A stretch of 64,000 nt of DNA, taken from positions 32,001 to 96,000 of IMG/VR virus record IMGVR_UViG_3300028591_000130; one strand, given 5' to 3'. Shown in pieces: positions 30,406-40,539 of the stretch. Source of the DNA: a virus (lineage: Duplodnaviria; Caudoviricetes). Position 1 is the stretch's first letter. Every line of letters begins with the position of its first letter. The position numbers were made by a program, and so were the translations under genes. The notes beneath the pieces are model-generated. The model was not told the origin of the DNA. It worked only from the letters and a program-made list of their open reading frames with translations, and made no database searches.

Positions 30406-32571
30406 ATGTCATTTGCAGCAGGATTTCCTGCAATCTTTGATGACGCAACAAAAAAATGGACAGAAATCTATATCGGAACTAAAGCCTCTGAAGTGTTCTT
30501 TTCTGATGGGCAAACCCTTGAAGAAAAAATACACAGTGGGCAATTTAACGGTAAAGACGGTATTGACGGCAAGGATGGAGTAACAACGACCATAACTGTT
30601 CCGGGAACTGTTTTTTGGAAAGAGATAGATGATATCATAACAGAAGAAAATGGCGGCCTTATTTTTAGCAACAGTCTTAATAACGGTGCTACCTTTGTAA
30701 AGTTTCACTATAAAGATAAGCTTAAAAATGTGTATGACTGCTATGGTTACTGGATGAAAACTGACGAAACCGGTTACGGAGTAACGGCTTCTTGGACACC
30801 TGAACACGGCGTATGGCAAATGTTCGGTCTTGCTGACGGTACTATGACTGTAGAAAGAGTATATCCCATAGACAAAACCATATGGTTACCCGTAGGCGAT
30901 ATCAGTCTTAACACTGGCGGTTATGACATACACCAAAAGATCTTAAACGATGGCTTTTGCTGTTTCTCTGCGAGAATAGCAGGACGCAACGGTTATGGAT
31001 GGTGGCTTCGTAACGAGACAGAAGGATCTGGTTTCTTCTTTGACCTTACAAACAATATCTATCTTATCTGGAAAGACAATATTACCTTAAAAGGTAAGTT
31101 GATATCGCAGGGTACACAAAGTACTGTTATCAAGGACTTTGAAACATTCTCTTGGAAAGAAGTTAAGATATCAACTCATGACGGCGGTAAGATATTAAGA
31201 GAAAACACTGCACAAGGTTTTAACTGTGTGAAGGCAATTGTAGATAACGTTAACAGCTTTGGTTGGTGGCTTAACTATAACGCCCTTTACGGTATAGGTT
31301 TATTTCTGTCTTATTCTGTCTCTGACGTTGATATCTGGATTGGTTACTCTTTTGGTGAAGATCTTTTGCATCGCTTTTCCGTTTTTGGCGTTGATACCGG
31401 TACTATAGACACAGCGTCTCTTAACAGTATAGTCAGTAAGGCTAAAATGTCTATTATTCCCCAAAACGTTACAAGCAGTAACGAAGATAAAATGTTAAGT
31501 AATTTGTTAGACCTCAACGAAGGTGCTAACGTTATCCAAGGAAAGTTTAAGAATAAAGACAGTATGGGTTTGTGGTTTAACACGAAGCCTCAAGGAACAA
31601 AGCGACAAGGGTCAGGTTTAATCTTTTCTGATAACAGTATATCGTGGGTTAGCGGCAATAACGACAAAAAATTTATTGTACAACAATTATTTTCTCTTGC
31701 AGAAACTTCTAATGATATCAACTTAACAAGCAGCACCGGTATAACCAATCTTGGTTACGTTAACGTTAATAAAAGTAACGCTACGACAGGAAATACTGCT
31801 GCAGTGTTTGATATCTTACCTGACGGATTTAATCCCGTTAAATTCTTTCTTGTCCTTTCTGACGGTTCAGTTGAACGTTGTAACGGATTTTGGGTTAAGA
31901 CAGGAGCAACAGGTATAGGGCTGCTTATAACTAATGACGACACAAGTTCTTCTGTAGCCAAGAGTTGTTGGACTGCTGTTAAGACAGGAATGTCACTTCA
32001 GTTTACAAGAGTATGGCCTGCAGACAGCAGTAACGCTTCTTTTGTTACCTTGTTGAAAGATGTAGGTTCGATTTCAGAAATCAAAGGTAAAGATATCAAC
32101 AATTGTCTTGTTAAAAATGGCGTTCACGCGTTAAAGATTAACGTTAGTGGCAAATCCTATACAGGTATGTGGTTAAAGGCAGATGACAGTAACGGCTTTG
32201 GTTACTTTGTAGACAGCAAAGGAGAACCTTACACTTTTACTAAGACCGACGAACAACGAAAACTTTTAATTCAACCCATAAGAGCTGATACAAGCAACCT
32301 TGTAGGTTTCAAAAAAAAAGGTAGCATATTAGAGATATCAGGTGACGCAGCAAAGACCATAAACTTTACTGACGTTATGTCTAACCTTGCTGTAGGTGAG
32401 TATATCGACTTAACAGCTAAGATCTTGTACGAAGAGAAGATTCTTGACTGCGAAGGTTCATTCATAAAAATGACTGATAAGTATGGTACGGGTATCTTGT
32501 ATAACTCTATGAACAAGCTACGCTTTACACTGTCGGTCTATAACAACAAAGGTAAACTTAGTTTATCGTAA
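30406..32571 (+). CDS. Tail fibre with about seven tandem knob-like repeats
   Basis: WTEIYIGTKASEVFFSDGQTLEE fibre N-terminus; short GKD collagen tract; repeated G..W...G.G units. Confidence 0.65.
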   Translation: MSFAAGFPAIFDDATKKWTEIYIGTKASEVFFSDGQTLEEKIHSGQFNGKDGIDGKDGVTTTITVPGTVFWKEIDDIITEENGGLIFSNSLNNGATFVKFHYKDKLKNVYDCYGYWMKTDETGYGVTASWTPEHGVWQMFGLADGTMTVERVYPIDKTIWLPVGDISLNTGGYDIHQKILNDGFCCFSARIAGRNGYGWWLRNETEGSGFFFDLTNNIYLIWKDNITLKGKLISQGTQSTVIKDFETFSWKEVKISTHDGGKILRENTAQGFNCVKAIVDNVNSFGWWLNYNALYGIGLFLSYSVSDVDIWIGYSFGEDLLHRFSVFGVDTGTIDTASLNSIVSKAKMSIIPQNVTSSNEDKMLSNLLDLNEGANVIQGKFKNKDSMGLWFNTKPQGTKRQGSGLIFSDNSISWVSGNNDKKFIVQQLFSLAETSNDINLTSSTGITNLGYVNVNKSNATTGNTAAVFDILPDGFNPVKFFLVLSDGSVERCNGFWVKTGATGIGLLITNDDTSSSVAKSCWTAVKTGMSLQFTRVWPADSSNASFVTLLKDVGSISEIKGKDINNCLVKNGVHALKINVSGKSYTGMWLKADDSNGFGYFVDSKGEPYTFTKTDEQRKLLIQPIRADTSNLVGFKKKGSILEISGDAAKTINFTDVMSNLAVGEYIDLTAKILYEEKILDCEGSFIKMTDKYGTGILYNSMNKLRFTLSVYNNKGKLSLS

Positions 32572-32584
32572 AGGAGGTGTTACC

Positions 32585-33439
32585 TTGTTAAGCTTATCGT
32601 TGCTTGTTCAACAAATGCAGTTGCAGCTTGCAGAAATTCAAAGACGACTTGACGCAGGCGAAGGCACGTCAACACAAACTGGCAGTACAACCCCTTCAGC
32701 AGAAACTGTAAGCAGTTTTGACTTATCCAATATCAAGGTACGTCCTCGTATCTTCTATACGGATGAGTATCCTACAGTAGAACTGGAACAGGAAGACAAT
32801 AATATCTTTTTTAAGTTTACACTGCCAAGACCTATAGACAGTGCAGAAAGATTTGGCGTTATAGTAGCAGAAACTATGACAGAAGACAGAGTGCAAGTAG
32901 TGCCGTTAAAAACAAGTGAAATAAAAAGTATACCCCTTAACGATAAACCGGTATTCCCTGTTATAGTTTTTGTAGGCGGTTACAGTTACGTTGAAGCTTA
33001 TAAAGACAGTCCAAGATCTGCTGTAGCTCCATTTATCGTTGACAGAGAAAACAAAAAGATTTTGTGGTACAGCACTAACGCACGTCGTGCCCTTAAAAAT
33101 GACTTGGCTGAGTGCGCTTTTATCCTTTATAAAGTTGCTGTTACTACAGAAACTGTCAGACACCGTATAGATATATCAACCTTAATTACCAATAACAGCT
33201 TTACGCTGCCTTCTGTTCCTACTAACGACGAAGTTACTATCATTATTAACGGTATCTACTATCATGAAAAAACTGATATCTATCTGCCCGGTACAAGTGT
33301 AGCAAGAAGACAGTTTATGGTACAGCGTACAACTACGCCTGCAGTCATTTACTGGAATTCTGACGTTACAGGATTTTCCTTAAACAGCAACCTTACAGGT
33401 TATATCGACGTGTTGTATAAGATCCAAATTGATATCTGA
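32585..33439 (+). CDS. Tail protein with two V-x-V-N-G-type modules
   Basis: VIVFVGGYSY and VTIIINGIYY modules, similar to C-termini of 12066 and 17385. Confidence 0.55.
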   Translation: MLSLSLLVQQMQLQLAEIQRRLDAGEGTSTQTGSTTPSAETVSSFDLSNIKVRPRIFYTDEYPTVELEQEDNNIFFKFTLPRPIDSAERFGVIVAETMTEDRVQVVPLKTSEIKSIPLNDKPVFPVIVFVGGYSYVEAYKDSPRSAVAPFIVDRENKKILWYSTNARRALKNDLAECAFILYKVAVTTETVRHRIDISTLITNNSFTLPSVPTNDEVTIIINGIYYHEKTDIYLPGTSVARRQFMVQRTTTPAVIYWNSDVTGFSLNSNLTGYIDVLYKIQIDI

Positions 33440-33457
33440 ACAACGATAGTTATCAAG

Positions 33458-33483
33458 AAGAGGACTTAACAGTCCTCTTTTTT
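33458..33483 (+). terminator. Intrinsic terminator
   Basis: AAGAGGACT-TAAC-AGTCCTCTT followed by TTTT. Confidence 0.75.
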
Positions 33484-33519
33484 CTAAGGTAGTGATATCA
33501 AAGAAAGGAGGTTATATCT

Positions 33520-36500
33520 TTGGCAACACCTTACGACTTTGACTGTAACTGTGACAAAGACTTTTTCGGACGCCTTTCTTCGATGTTTCTTAATCGTGAT
33601 TTACACAATGTCTATGAGGCAGTTAAACACCTGATTGATTATCCTGATAAAGAAACTGCTACACCTGTTGCAAACCACCTTAGTTCTCTGTGGTTCGACA
33701 GACGTACTAACCAACTCTATTCATGGATAGGACAAGGTAACCAAAATGATAAGGCAAGAAATGGATGGCTGCCTGTCTTTCAAAAAAAGTTTCAGATCTT
33801 TGATACTATGACGTCTGAAGCACCTGACGCTAACCCTATCAAGGGACAGCTTTGGATCTATAACGATGTCTTGCTGTTTTTTGACGGTGCTTCATGGAAG
33901 CCGGTCAGAGCACTGGAACAATCTGAGTCACAGTTTAACACAGCTATGTTTGCTGACTTTATGATAGCCTCACCTCTTAACAGAATGGGATCTGCAGTGA
34001 TATCAGACTTTGAGCTGGAAGCTTATCTTGAATTTCAAAGAAGATATCTTGAAAATGACCTTGATATCAGAAACAATGCTGATATGTCTATAGGAAAAAG
34101 ATGGGACTGGGGCGATATCAAAAAGCATGAACATATTTCTATCGGCTTTGACGCTAAAGATATTGTCTACCAATACCTTGTTCCTAACATAAAACTTGAT
34201 CGTATCTTTGTTGACGATCGTCTAGATACTAACTACGTTACTCAAAACAACTGCACCATACAGTATAAAAGGTCATTCTTACTGGAAGAAGATCCTATCT
34301 ATGATGACGATACACCTGTAGTAGCCCACGTTAAGGTGCCGTCTCTTGTTCACGTTAATCCAAGCAAGATATCGGGAATGACAAAAAGACTGATCAAGGT
34401 AGATCGTACCAATCCAAAAATTTACTGTTCTGCACACAATACCGAGTTTTACGGTTACTACCCGGGTGATATCAAAGGACACTTTTTAAGACCTTGTAAG
34501 CCTGTAGAACAGAATATCCAAGAGAATCAACAGATCCAAGATCATATGGCTAAGAACAACGAAATTCTTGAGCAATATGCTTACGGTATGGCTGATATCA
34601 TAAAGAATACTTTGCTAAAAAGAGAAGGCGATTACGAGATATCAGATAACTGCATTATCCTTTCTGATAAGGCTTCACAACAGTACAGTTACATTCTTGC
34701 AGTAACCTTTTCTTTCTCTTGGATTAACGCTAAAGGTAACTTAAAAAAGTGTGACAGCAAAACAGGATCTTCTTCCTTTTACGTACCTGATCGTTTAGGT
34801 GCTGTTAATATTTTTATCAACGGCTTTGACTATGAAAACAGCTATTACTCTTTTGACTCTGAAAACAAAGTAGTTACCGTAGCTGAAGATATTTCTGACA
34901 AAGAAAAATATGATATCTCCGTTATGAGTGTTTTTAAACACGAGTACGGATTTATAAGGGAAGTTAATATCGCAACTGACAACAGAACTGCTTATATCTC
35001 TACGATTACAACATTTAAGCACCCGCTTGTCTTTGTTAATGGTGAAGCACTATGTCGATCTCAGTGGAGCTACTATAATAAAGAGACTTTACGAGATAAC
35101 GAACCTTCCAAGCTATGCTTTAAGATACCGGGTGTTAAGAAAGACATGTGCTGGACCATTATCGATATGTGCAATGAAACACCTGTCTATGACGAGAATG
35201 GTATTTTAACAGACACTGTTATAACTGATATCTGCATAGAAGATAACGGTTATATTCCGTTAACTCAATATGCTGTGGATAGTTTCGGCAATCCTGCGAT
35301 AAGGATACCAAGTAATATAAAGATATCTTACGTTACAAAAAATACTCTGACCGTATACAGAGAACCTAAAGTAATTCTGTTTGTTAACGGGCTTATGATT
35401 AAGAAGGAAGACGTCAAGTATGATTTCTCTCTTAACGTTATAACCTGTAACGGATTAAAACCCGGTATGCATTACGTATTACTTAACGATACCGACGACA
35501 GTCTGTATACCGAAGATATGGAAAATGGTATTATGCCTGCGTTATCTTTAGGCAAGATCGACGAAACACTTGTTTATCATAACGGATTCTTACTGAACGA
35601 AAAGGGCTCTTACGAAACTAACGCTAACAGAGAAGCGGCCAAAACTAGTGCAGTACACGGCGAAGTTAGGGAATTTACCGAAAATAATACCTGGGCAATT
35701 TTTGACGCTACTGACGCAGATCCTGGCTCCGGTATTTACGGTGTTTGGAAAGAACTGACAGACAAAGACATTGCTGATATCAAAAGTTTTAGTAACTCAT
35801 ATACTAATACCCGTACTGCCATAGCATTAGCCAAACAGATCTCTACAAGATCTGATAACCAGATTGTCGTGTTTGGATATCAGCTTGCAGGCTTAATTGA
35901 AAATCCAGTTACACCTGTTAACTACTTTTTACACCTGAACGACAACGGCAGTATATTCCTAAAAGAAGCAGGATACAGTAATGATTTTCTGCCGATAGTT
36001 CAAGCAGATAAGGCAAATGCTGTTTATTGTAACAAACTTAATCCGTCAGATCCAACGTTGATATCAGACTATAAGGAAAACAGATACTCTTACTACTATT
36101 TCTTGTTACAACAATTTAACAGATGGAAAGAACAAAGGAGTATTACAGGAAAGATATCCGATGCTGCACTTGTAGCACAATATCTCTCTGACGCACAATC
36201 TAAACCTATAACGTTATCAGGATATTTTTACGAAGAAGTCTACATGCGCAATGACGCAGACAAGGAACAATACTTGTTATTAAAAGACAAAGGTCTTGGA
36301 TCCCTGTGGGTTAACAAAATGTTCTTAGGCAAGGATTTCGATCCTAATCATGATTACGTAGCTGTATGGATTAATGGTATCAGACAATATCCTAATATCC
36401 ATTACGTTATCGAACCGGTTTACTACGAAGAACGAGGCGAAAATATCTTTAAGGGATACAACCTTGTTTTTGGATATCTTCAAGGTAATAGCGTAGTTAA

Positions 36501-37332
36501 GACGGTTAGTGTAGAAGGCTTTGTTGATACACCTGTAGGTGAAGGACACAGGCTACCCGAACGTTTTAGAGAAGAGCCATTAACCGGACTCGTGTCATAC
36601 GTTATCTATCGTGCTGACAAAGGTGACGGCAAAGTATGCCGCTACACAATTCTTGACGACAAAAATATGATATCAGGGCACCAAAATGTCTACACTACAC
36701 GTGACGTTACAAACAAGAACGTCGACAAATATTCTTTTGTAAGAGACACAAGCCAAGACTTTTCTCTTTATCCCGGTACGGTAACTGTTTACGTTGACGG
36801 TATAAGACTACCTAAGGAAGCCTATACAATCTTAGATAACTACACTTTTGTTATTCATGACTTTGTTCCTTGGGTAGGTGGTAACAGATATCCTAACGAA
36901 AAGTATCTTGATCACAACGAGACCTTACAAACGTTTAGGCACCTTCAGCCTGAAAGATTACTGGTGGAAGTCAGAGATGACCCTAAGATAACAGAAAGAA
37001 CTGTTACGGTTAATAATAACTTTACGGGTAATCTTTATATCTATGACGAGAACGTCAATCTTCCTTATAGTATTTTAGATACACAAGATACTATTATGAT
37101 TTTTGTTGACGGTATGTTTTACGGTTTATCTCAAAATGACGGCTACGTTATTAGCAAGACGTCAAGTACGATATCACTTAATGACAACAGTGTTATTTCT
37201 GCTATCAGAGAAGATAACCTTGAACAGTACAGCGCTATAGTTGATATCAGAGATATCAGAAAAGAAGAATTGAATGCTTATAAGCTAAGACGTTCCAATA
37301 AGCAACACCAAATTACTATGGAATGGAGGTAA
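33520..37332 (+). CDS. Large baseplate/tail protein with many V-F-V-[ND]-G repeats
   Basis: 1270 aa; IFINGF, VFVNGE, LFVNGL, VYHNGF, VWINGI, VYVDGI and IFVDGM modules. Confidence 0.65.
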   Translation: MATPYDFDCNCDKDFFGRLSSMFLNRDLHNVYEAVKHLIDYPDKETATPVANHLSSLWFDRRTNQLYSWIGQGNQNDKARNGWLPVFQKKFQIFDTMTSEAPDANPIKGQLWIYNDVLLFFDGASWKPVRALEQSESQFNTAMFADFMIASPLNRMGSAVISDFELEAYLEFQRRYLENDLDIRNNADMSIGKRWDWGDIKKHEHISIGFDAKDIVYQYLVPNIKLDRIFVDDRLDTNYVTQNNCTIQYKRSFLLEEDPIYDDDTPVVAHVKVPSLVHVNPSKISGMTKRLIKVDRTNPKIYCSAHNTEFYGYYPGDIKGHFLRPCKPVEQNIQENQQIQDHMAKNNEILEQYAYGMADIIKNTLLKREGDYEISDNCIILSDKASQQYSYILAVTFSFSWINAKGNLKKCDSKTGSSSFYVPDRLGAVNIFINGFDYENSYYSFDSENKVVTVAEDISDKEKYDISVMSVFKHEYGFIREVNIATDNRTAYISTITTFKHPLVFVNGEALCRSQWSYYNKETLRDNEPSKLCFKIPGVKKDMCWTIIDMCNETPVYDENGILTDTVITDICIEDNGYIPLTQYAVDSFGNPAIRIPSNIKISYVTKNTLTVYREPKVILFVNGLMIKKEDVKYDFSLNVITCNGLKPGMHYVLLNDTDDSLYTEDMENGIMPALSLGKIDETLVYHNGFLLNEKGSYETNANREAAKTSAVHGEVREFTENNTWAIFDATDADPGSGIYGVWKELTDKDIADIKSFSNSYTNTRTAIALAKQISTRSDNQIVVFGYQLAGLIENPVTPVNYFLHLNDNGSIFLKEAGYSNDFLPIVQADKANAVYCNKLNPSDPTLISDYKENRYSYYYFLLQQFNRWKEQRSITGKISDAALVAQYLSDAQSKPITLSGYFYEEVYMRNDADKEQYLLLKDKGLGSLWVNKMFLGKDFDPNHDYVAVWINGIRQYPNIHYVIEPVYYEERGENIFKGYNLVFGYLQGNSVVKTVSVEGFVDTPVGEGHRLPERFREEPLTGLVSYVIYRADKGDGKVCRYTILDDKNMISGHQNVYTTRDVTNKNVDKYSFVRDTSQDFSLYPGTVTVYVDGIRLPKEAYTILDNYTFVIHDFVPWVGGNRYPNEKYLDHNETLQTFRHLQPERLLVEVRDDPKITERTVTVNNNFTGNLYIYDENVNLPYSILDTQDTIMIFVDGMFYGLSQNDGYVISKTSSTISLNDNSVISAIREDNLEQYSAIVDIRDIRKEELNAYKLRRSNKQHQITMEWR

Positions 37333-37340
37333 AGCAGACA

Positions 37341-39572
37341 ATGTCGAGTAATCTTCAAAGAGTAGGAACAACCTTGCTTGATATGGACGGTGTAGCTACT
37401 CAACTACACATTAAAGGTGTACTTACGGGTTTAGATAACGACACAGGAGAAGAACAGTATTCACCTTTTATTACAGTTAAAGACATCACAATGGCAGGTA
37501 GTGATAAGGCACTTATCCAGTATCTTGGTGTGAACAGCGATGGCGTACCTTTACCTGTTTCTAACGTTGCAGTAGCTTACAAAGAAGCAGGTGCAAGCAC
37601 GGTAGATCGTAGTACCGTTCGTAACGCCAAGTATCTTGATAATAAAGCACCTGCATATTTCTTTCCTGCAGAAGACGGTATTAACATAGATCTTACAGCC
37701 AGAAATATGGCAGAACGTTTTAACAAAGAGATTGCTGATATCAAAGCAGAACATATACAACTTATGTCTTACATAGCAAAGAACGGTTTAACAGATAACT
37801 ACCGTCCCTTCGCAGGTTTTTACGACACTTTCAGAGAGAGCTACCCCTTACATAAAATAGAACGTTTAGGAACAGCTTTTGTTGACTCGGCAGCACAAAA
37901 TACTATCAGGGTTAAAACAGAAGAGATAGGTAACTTTTCTGAAGGTGATTTTGTCGTTATCGTTAACGGTGACGATATCACCAGCAAAAGTCACAGAACA
38001 ATCTTAAAGATTGACAAGATTAGCGGAACTACTATTACCTTTGACGGCTATACCGGCTTTGATATTAAAGCCAACAAGGTACACTTGTACAAATCTTACG
38101 GTACAAGTTACGGTAACTCTTTTGTCTTTGGTTCCTTTTTGGAACAAGCACCAGGTGACGCAATATTCTATACCGGTGTTGATGACGATAACTATCGTAC
38201 TCGCAGAAAGATTAACACCAGCCATACCGGTTTTGCTACTACGTTCAGGGTTAACCCAAGCAGGGCTAACGGCAGTGCAGCTTACTATCTTGACACTATC
38301 GAGATCTGTGCCAAAAAGATAGGTACACCCGGAGCCCTAAAATGTTATGTTATTAATGCTGCTGATATCAGTAACTTCGAAGATCCTGAACAAGCAAAAA
38401 CAAATGGAATTTTAATAGCAGAAAGTCAACCCTTAATTCTTGATGTCGCAACAGGAGAAACAATTGTTGAGTTTAAATTTGAACAAAACGGAGTATTACC
38501 ATTGTTAGACAATATCGATCAAGGTATGGATGGTGACGTAGGAAGAACACGCTTCTGTATGATAGTAGAAGCGATATCAGCAGATGCTACCAACTATTAC
38601 GAGATATTGTTCTTACAACATTACGATCAAACTACAGGTACGCTGTCTGATCTTCAAATGAACAACATAGTCTACGAATATTCTTTACAGCCAAGTTTGG
38701 ATCTTATGTCTACCGACTACTTTAGTCCCCTTGTAACAAGTAAGACTATTAACAGTGCTGACATGTACTATGGTGTATCGTTGAGGCCCGTCATAAAGAG
38801 TTCTCTTGATCCTGCAGATAAAGGCGTGTACAGTGCTGCTTTTAAGACCTACGAACCTGTTACCGTTAACAGCGCACGATTAACCTTAAGGATAGCAAGG
38901 GAAGGTTACTACACGGTAGCTGCTACAAGTGCCAACGAAAGCGATAACGTTACTGACGAAGGCACGATAAGATATCTTGAAAATAAAAGTTATCGTGTAA
39001 CTGACGAACAAACACTCGTTCAGAACGGTATGTCTATCGTGTCAGATAACTACGAAGAAGGTAATCGTAACATAGCAATAGGCAATCACATAACAGAAGT
39101 TAAGAATATTAGCGGTGATAAGATTACAATATCCAAGGGTGCAAATATTGCTGAAGGAGATCCTGTTTACCCGATAGGATATATTGCTACTCTCTTATGT
39201 TCTTGCAAGAAATGGGACGCAACCAAACAACAACTCGTTCCTGTAAGCCCTGCTATCAGAATACCCCTTAAACTTGTATCGATACAACCTGCCTTTTTTG
39301 ATCGAGAAGTTAATATGATTAGAGACAGTATCGACAACAGTACTACACTACAACCGTTACAGCGTTCAAGACTTAAAGATAAAGTTATGATATCAGACAA
39401 CATTATCTTTGAAGCTGACATAGATAACGAGAAAGAGTATAACTGCTTTGAACTGCAAATCTTCTGGCGCACAATGGCAAGCACTGTCTTAAAAAGTTTC
39501 ACGGGGCGTATTTACGATCTTTCTCTCAGTCTTAATCGCAAAGTCTTTTGGGACACTACGGTTAGTGCGTAA
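37341..39572 (+). CDS. Putative structural protein
   Basis: ATG after GGAGG; VRNAKYLDNKAPAYF fibre-like motif; beta-rich. Confidence 0.55.
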   Translation: MSSNLQRVGTTLLDMDGVATQLHIKGVLTGLDNDTGEEQYSPFITVKDITMAGSDKALIQYLGVNSDGVPLPVSNVAVAYKEAGASTVDRSTVRNAKYLDNKAPAYFFPAEDGINIDLTARNMAERFNKEIADIKAEHIQLMSYIAKNGLTDNYRPFAGFYDTFRESYPLHKIERLGTAFVDSAAQNTIRVKTEEIGNFSEGDFVVIVNGDDITSKSHRTILKIDKISGTTITFDGYTGFDIKANKVHLYKSYGTSYGNSFVFGSFLEQAPGDAIFYTGVDDDNYRTRRKINTSHTGFATTFRVNPSRANGSAAYYLDTIEICAKKIGTPGALKCYVINAADISNFEDPEQAKTNGILIAESQPLILDVATGETIVEFKFEQNGVLPLLDNIDQGMDGDVGRTRFCMIVEAISADATNYYEILFLQHYDQTTGTLSDLQMNNIVYEYSLQPSLDLMSTDYFSPLVTSKTINSADMYYGVSLRPVIKSSLDPADKGVYSAAFKTYEPVTVNSARLTLRIAREGYYTVAATSANESDNVTDEGTIRYLENKSYRVTDEQTLVQNGMSIVSDNYEEGNRNIAIGNHITEVKNISGDKITISKGANIAEGDPVYPIGYIATLLCSCKKWDATKQQLVPVSPAIRIPLKLVSIQPAFFDREVNMIRDSIDNSTTLQPLQRSRLKDKVMISDNIIFEADIDNEKEYNCFELQIFWRTMASTVLKSFTGRIYDLSLSLNRKVFWDTTVSA

Positions 39573-39583
39573 TAATAAGAACA

Positions 39584-39624
39584 AAAAAGACAGCTATGGT
39601 TATTAAAACCGTAACTGTCTTTTT
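39584..39624 (+). terminator. Intrinsic (probably bidirectional) terminator
   Basis: AAAAAGACAG...CTGTCTTTTT with a partly paired interior. Confidence 0.65.
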
Positions 39625-39666
39625 CTGTTGGTAATATACAAATAGAAAAAGAAAGGGAATGATATT

Positions 39667-40539
39667 ATGATTAATACGGCGTTAAACTTTCAAAGTGCAC
39701 TGACTTATGTTATGACCGAACCTGATCCCCTTGCCGTATCTTTTGAAGGTGATATGAAGGCAGCAGCACTTAACGCAGTATTTCAAAACATAGAAGATCA
39801 GATTAACTTCTTGTACGAGAAGACGCGATTACTTGAAGATATCAGAGACTATACCCACAGTTTTGTCAACAAAGCTATTGAAGAAAGGCGTGCCAAAATT
39901 GTTGAAAATCTCAAAATGATAGAAATGGTTTATGACGAAGTAGACGATCCTTCTTGTATCGTAGAACCGATCATTGTACAAAAAGGACAAACAGTAAAAG
40001 ACAGAGATGGTACATTGTTGCCTGTCTTTGATATCATAAACAATGTTTTGGTTATGCCGGGCAGAGTACTTGGTACTAACGATATTTTAAAGGTATCAGT
40101 TAAGGAACAGACACAGAAATTATCTGATAGTGAAACAGTTTACAAGACAGCAGGTGTTGTTGAACCGTTAGTCCAGGTATCGGTATCGACTTCTGACAAT
40201 AAACAGTTCTTTCTTGACTCTTACGCTAACAATAAACCTGCAGAAGGTACTGTTACAACAACTTACGAGATTTTGTTTGCAGGTAATAAACTTTGCAATT
40301 ATGTCAGTTTTTCTGCTGTTAACGATAATGTCATAAAGATTGTCCTTTATGATATCGACAATAATATGCACCTTGTAATGTCTGACACTGCTTATACTAA
40401 ACCTTTAAGAGTTGTTAAGGCACTTGTCACCTTACAAAGTAAAGGTTACGTCAAATATCCTGTACAGTTACCTTTTGCCAGTTCTGCTTCTGACTCTTTC
40501 TCTGATATTCAAGGAGGCAACGATAGTTATGACATTTAA
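39667..40539 (+). CDS. Putative structural protein (N-terminal helical anchor)
   Basis: LNAVFQNIEDQINFLYEK helix similar to N-termini of downstream genes. Confidence 0.55.
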   Translation: MINTALNFQSALTYVMTEPDPLAVSFEGDMKAAALNAVFQNIEDQINFLYEKTRLLEDIRDYTHSFVNKAIEERRAKIVENLKMIEMVYDEVDDPSCIVEPIIVQKGQTVKDRDGTLLPVFDIINNVLVMPGRVLGTNDILKVSVKEQTQKLSDSETVYKTAGVVEPLVQVSVSTSDNKQFFLDSYANNKPAEGTVTTTYEILFAGNKLCNYVSFSAVNDNVIKIVLYDIDNNMHLVMSDTAYTKPLRVVKALVTLQSKGYVKYPVQLPFASSASDSFSDIQGGNDSYDI

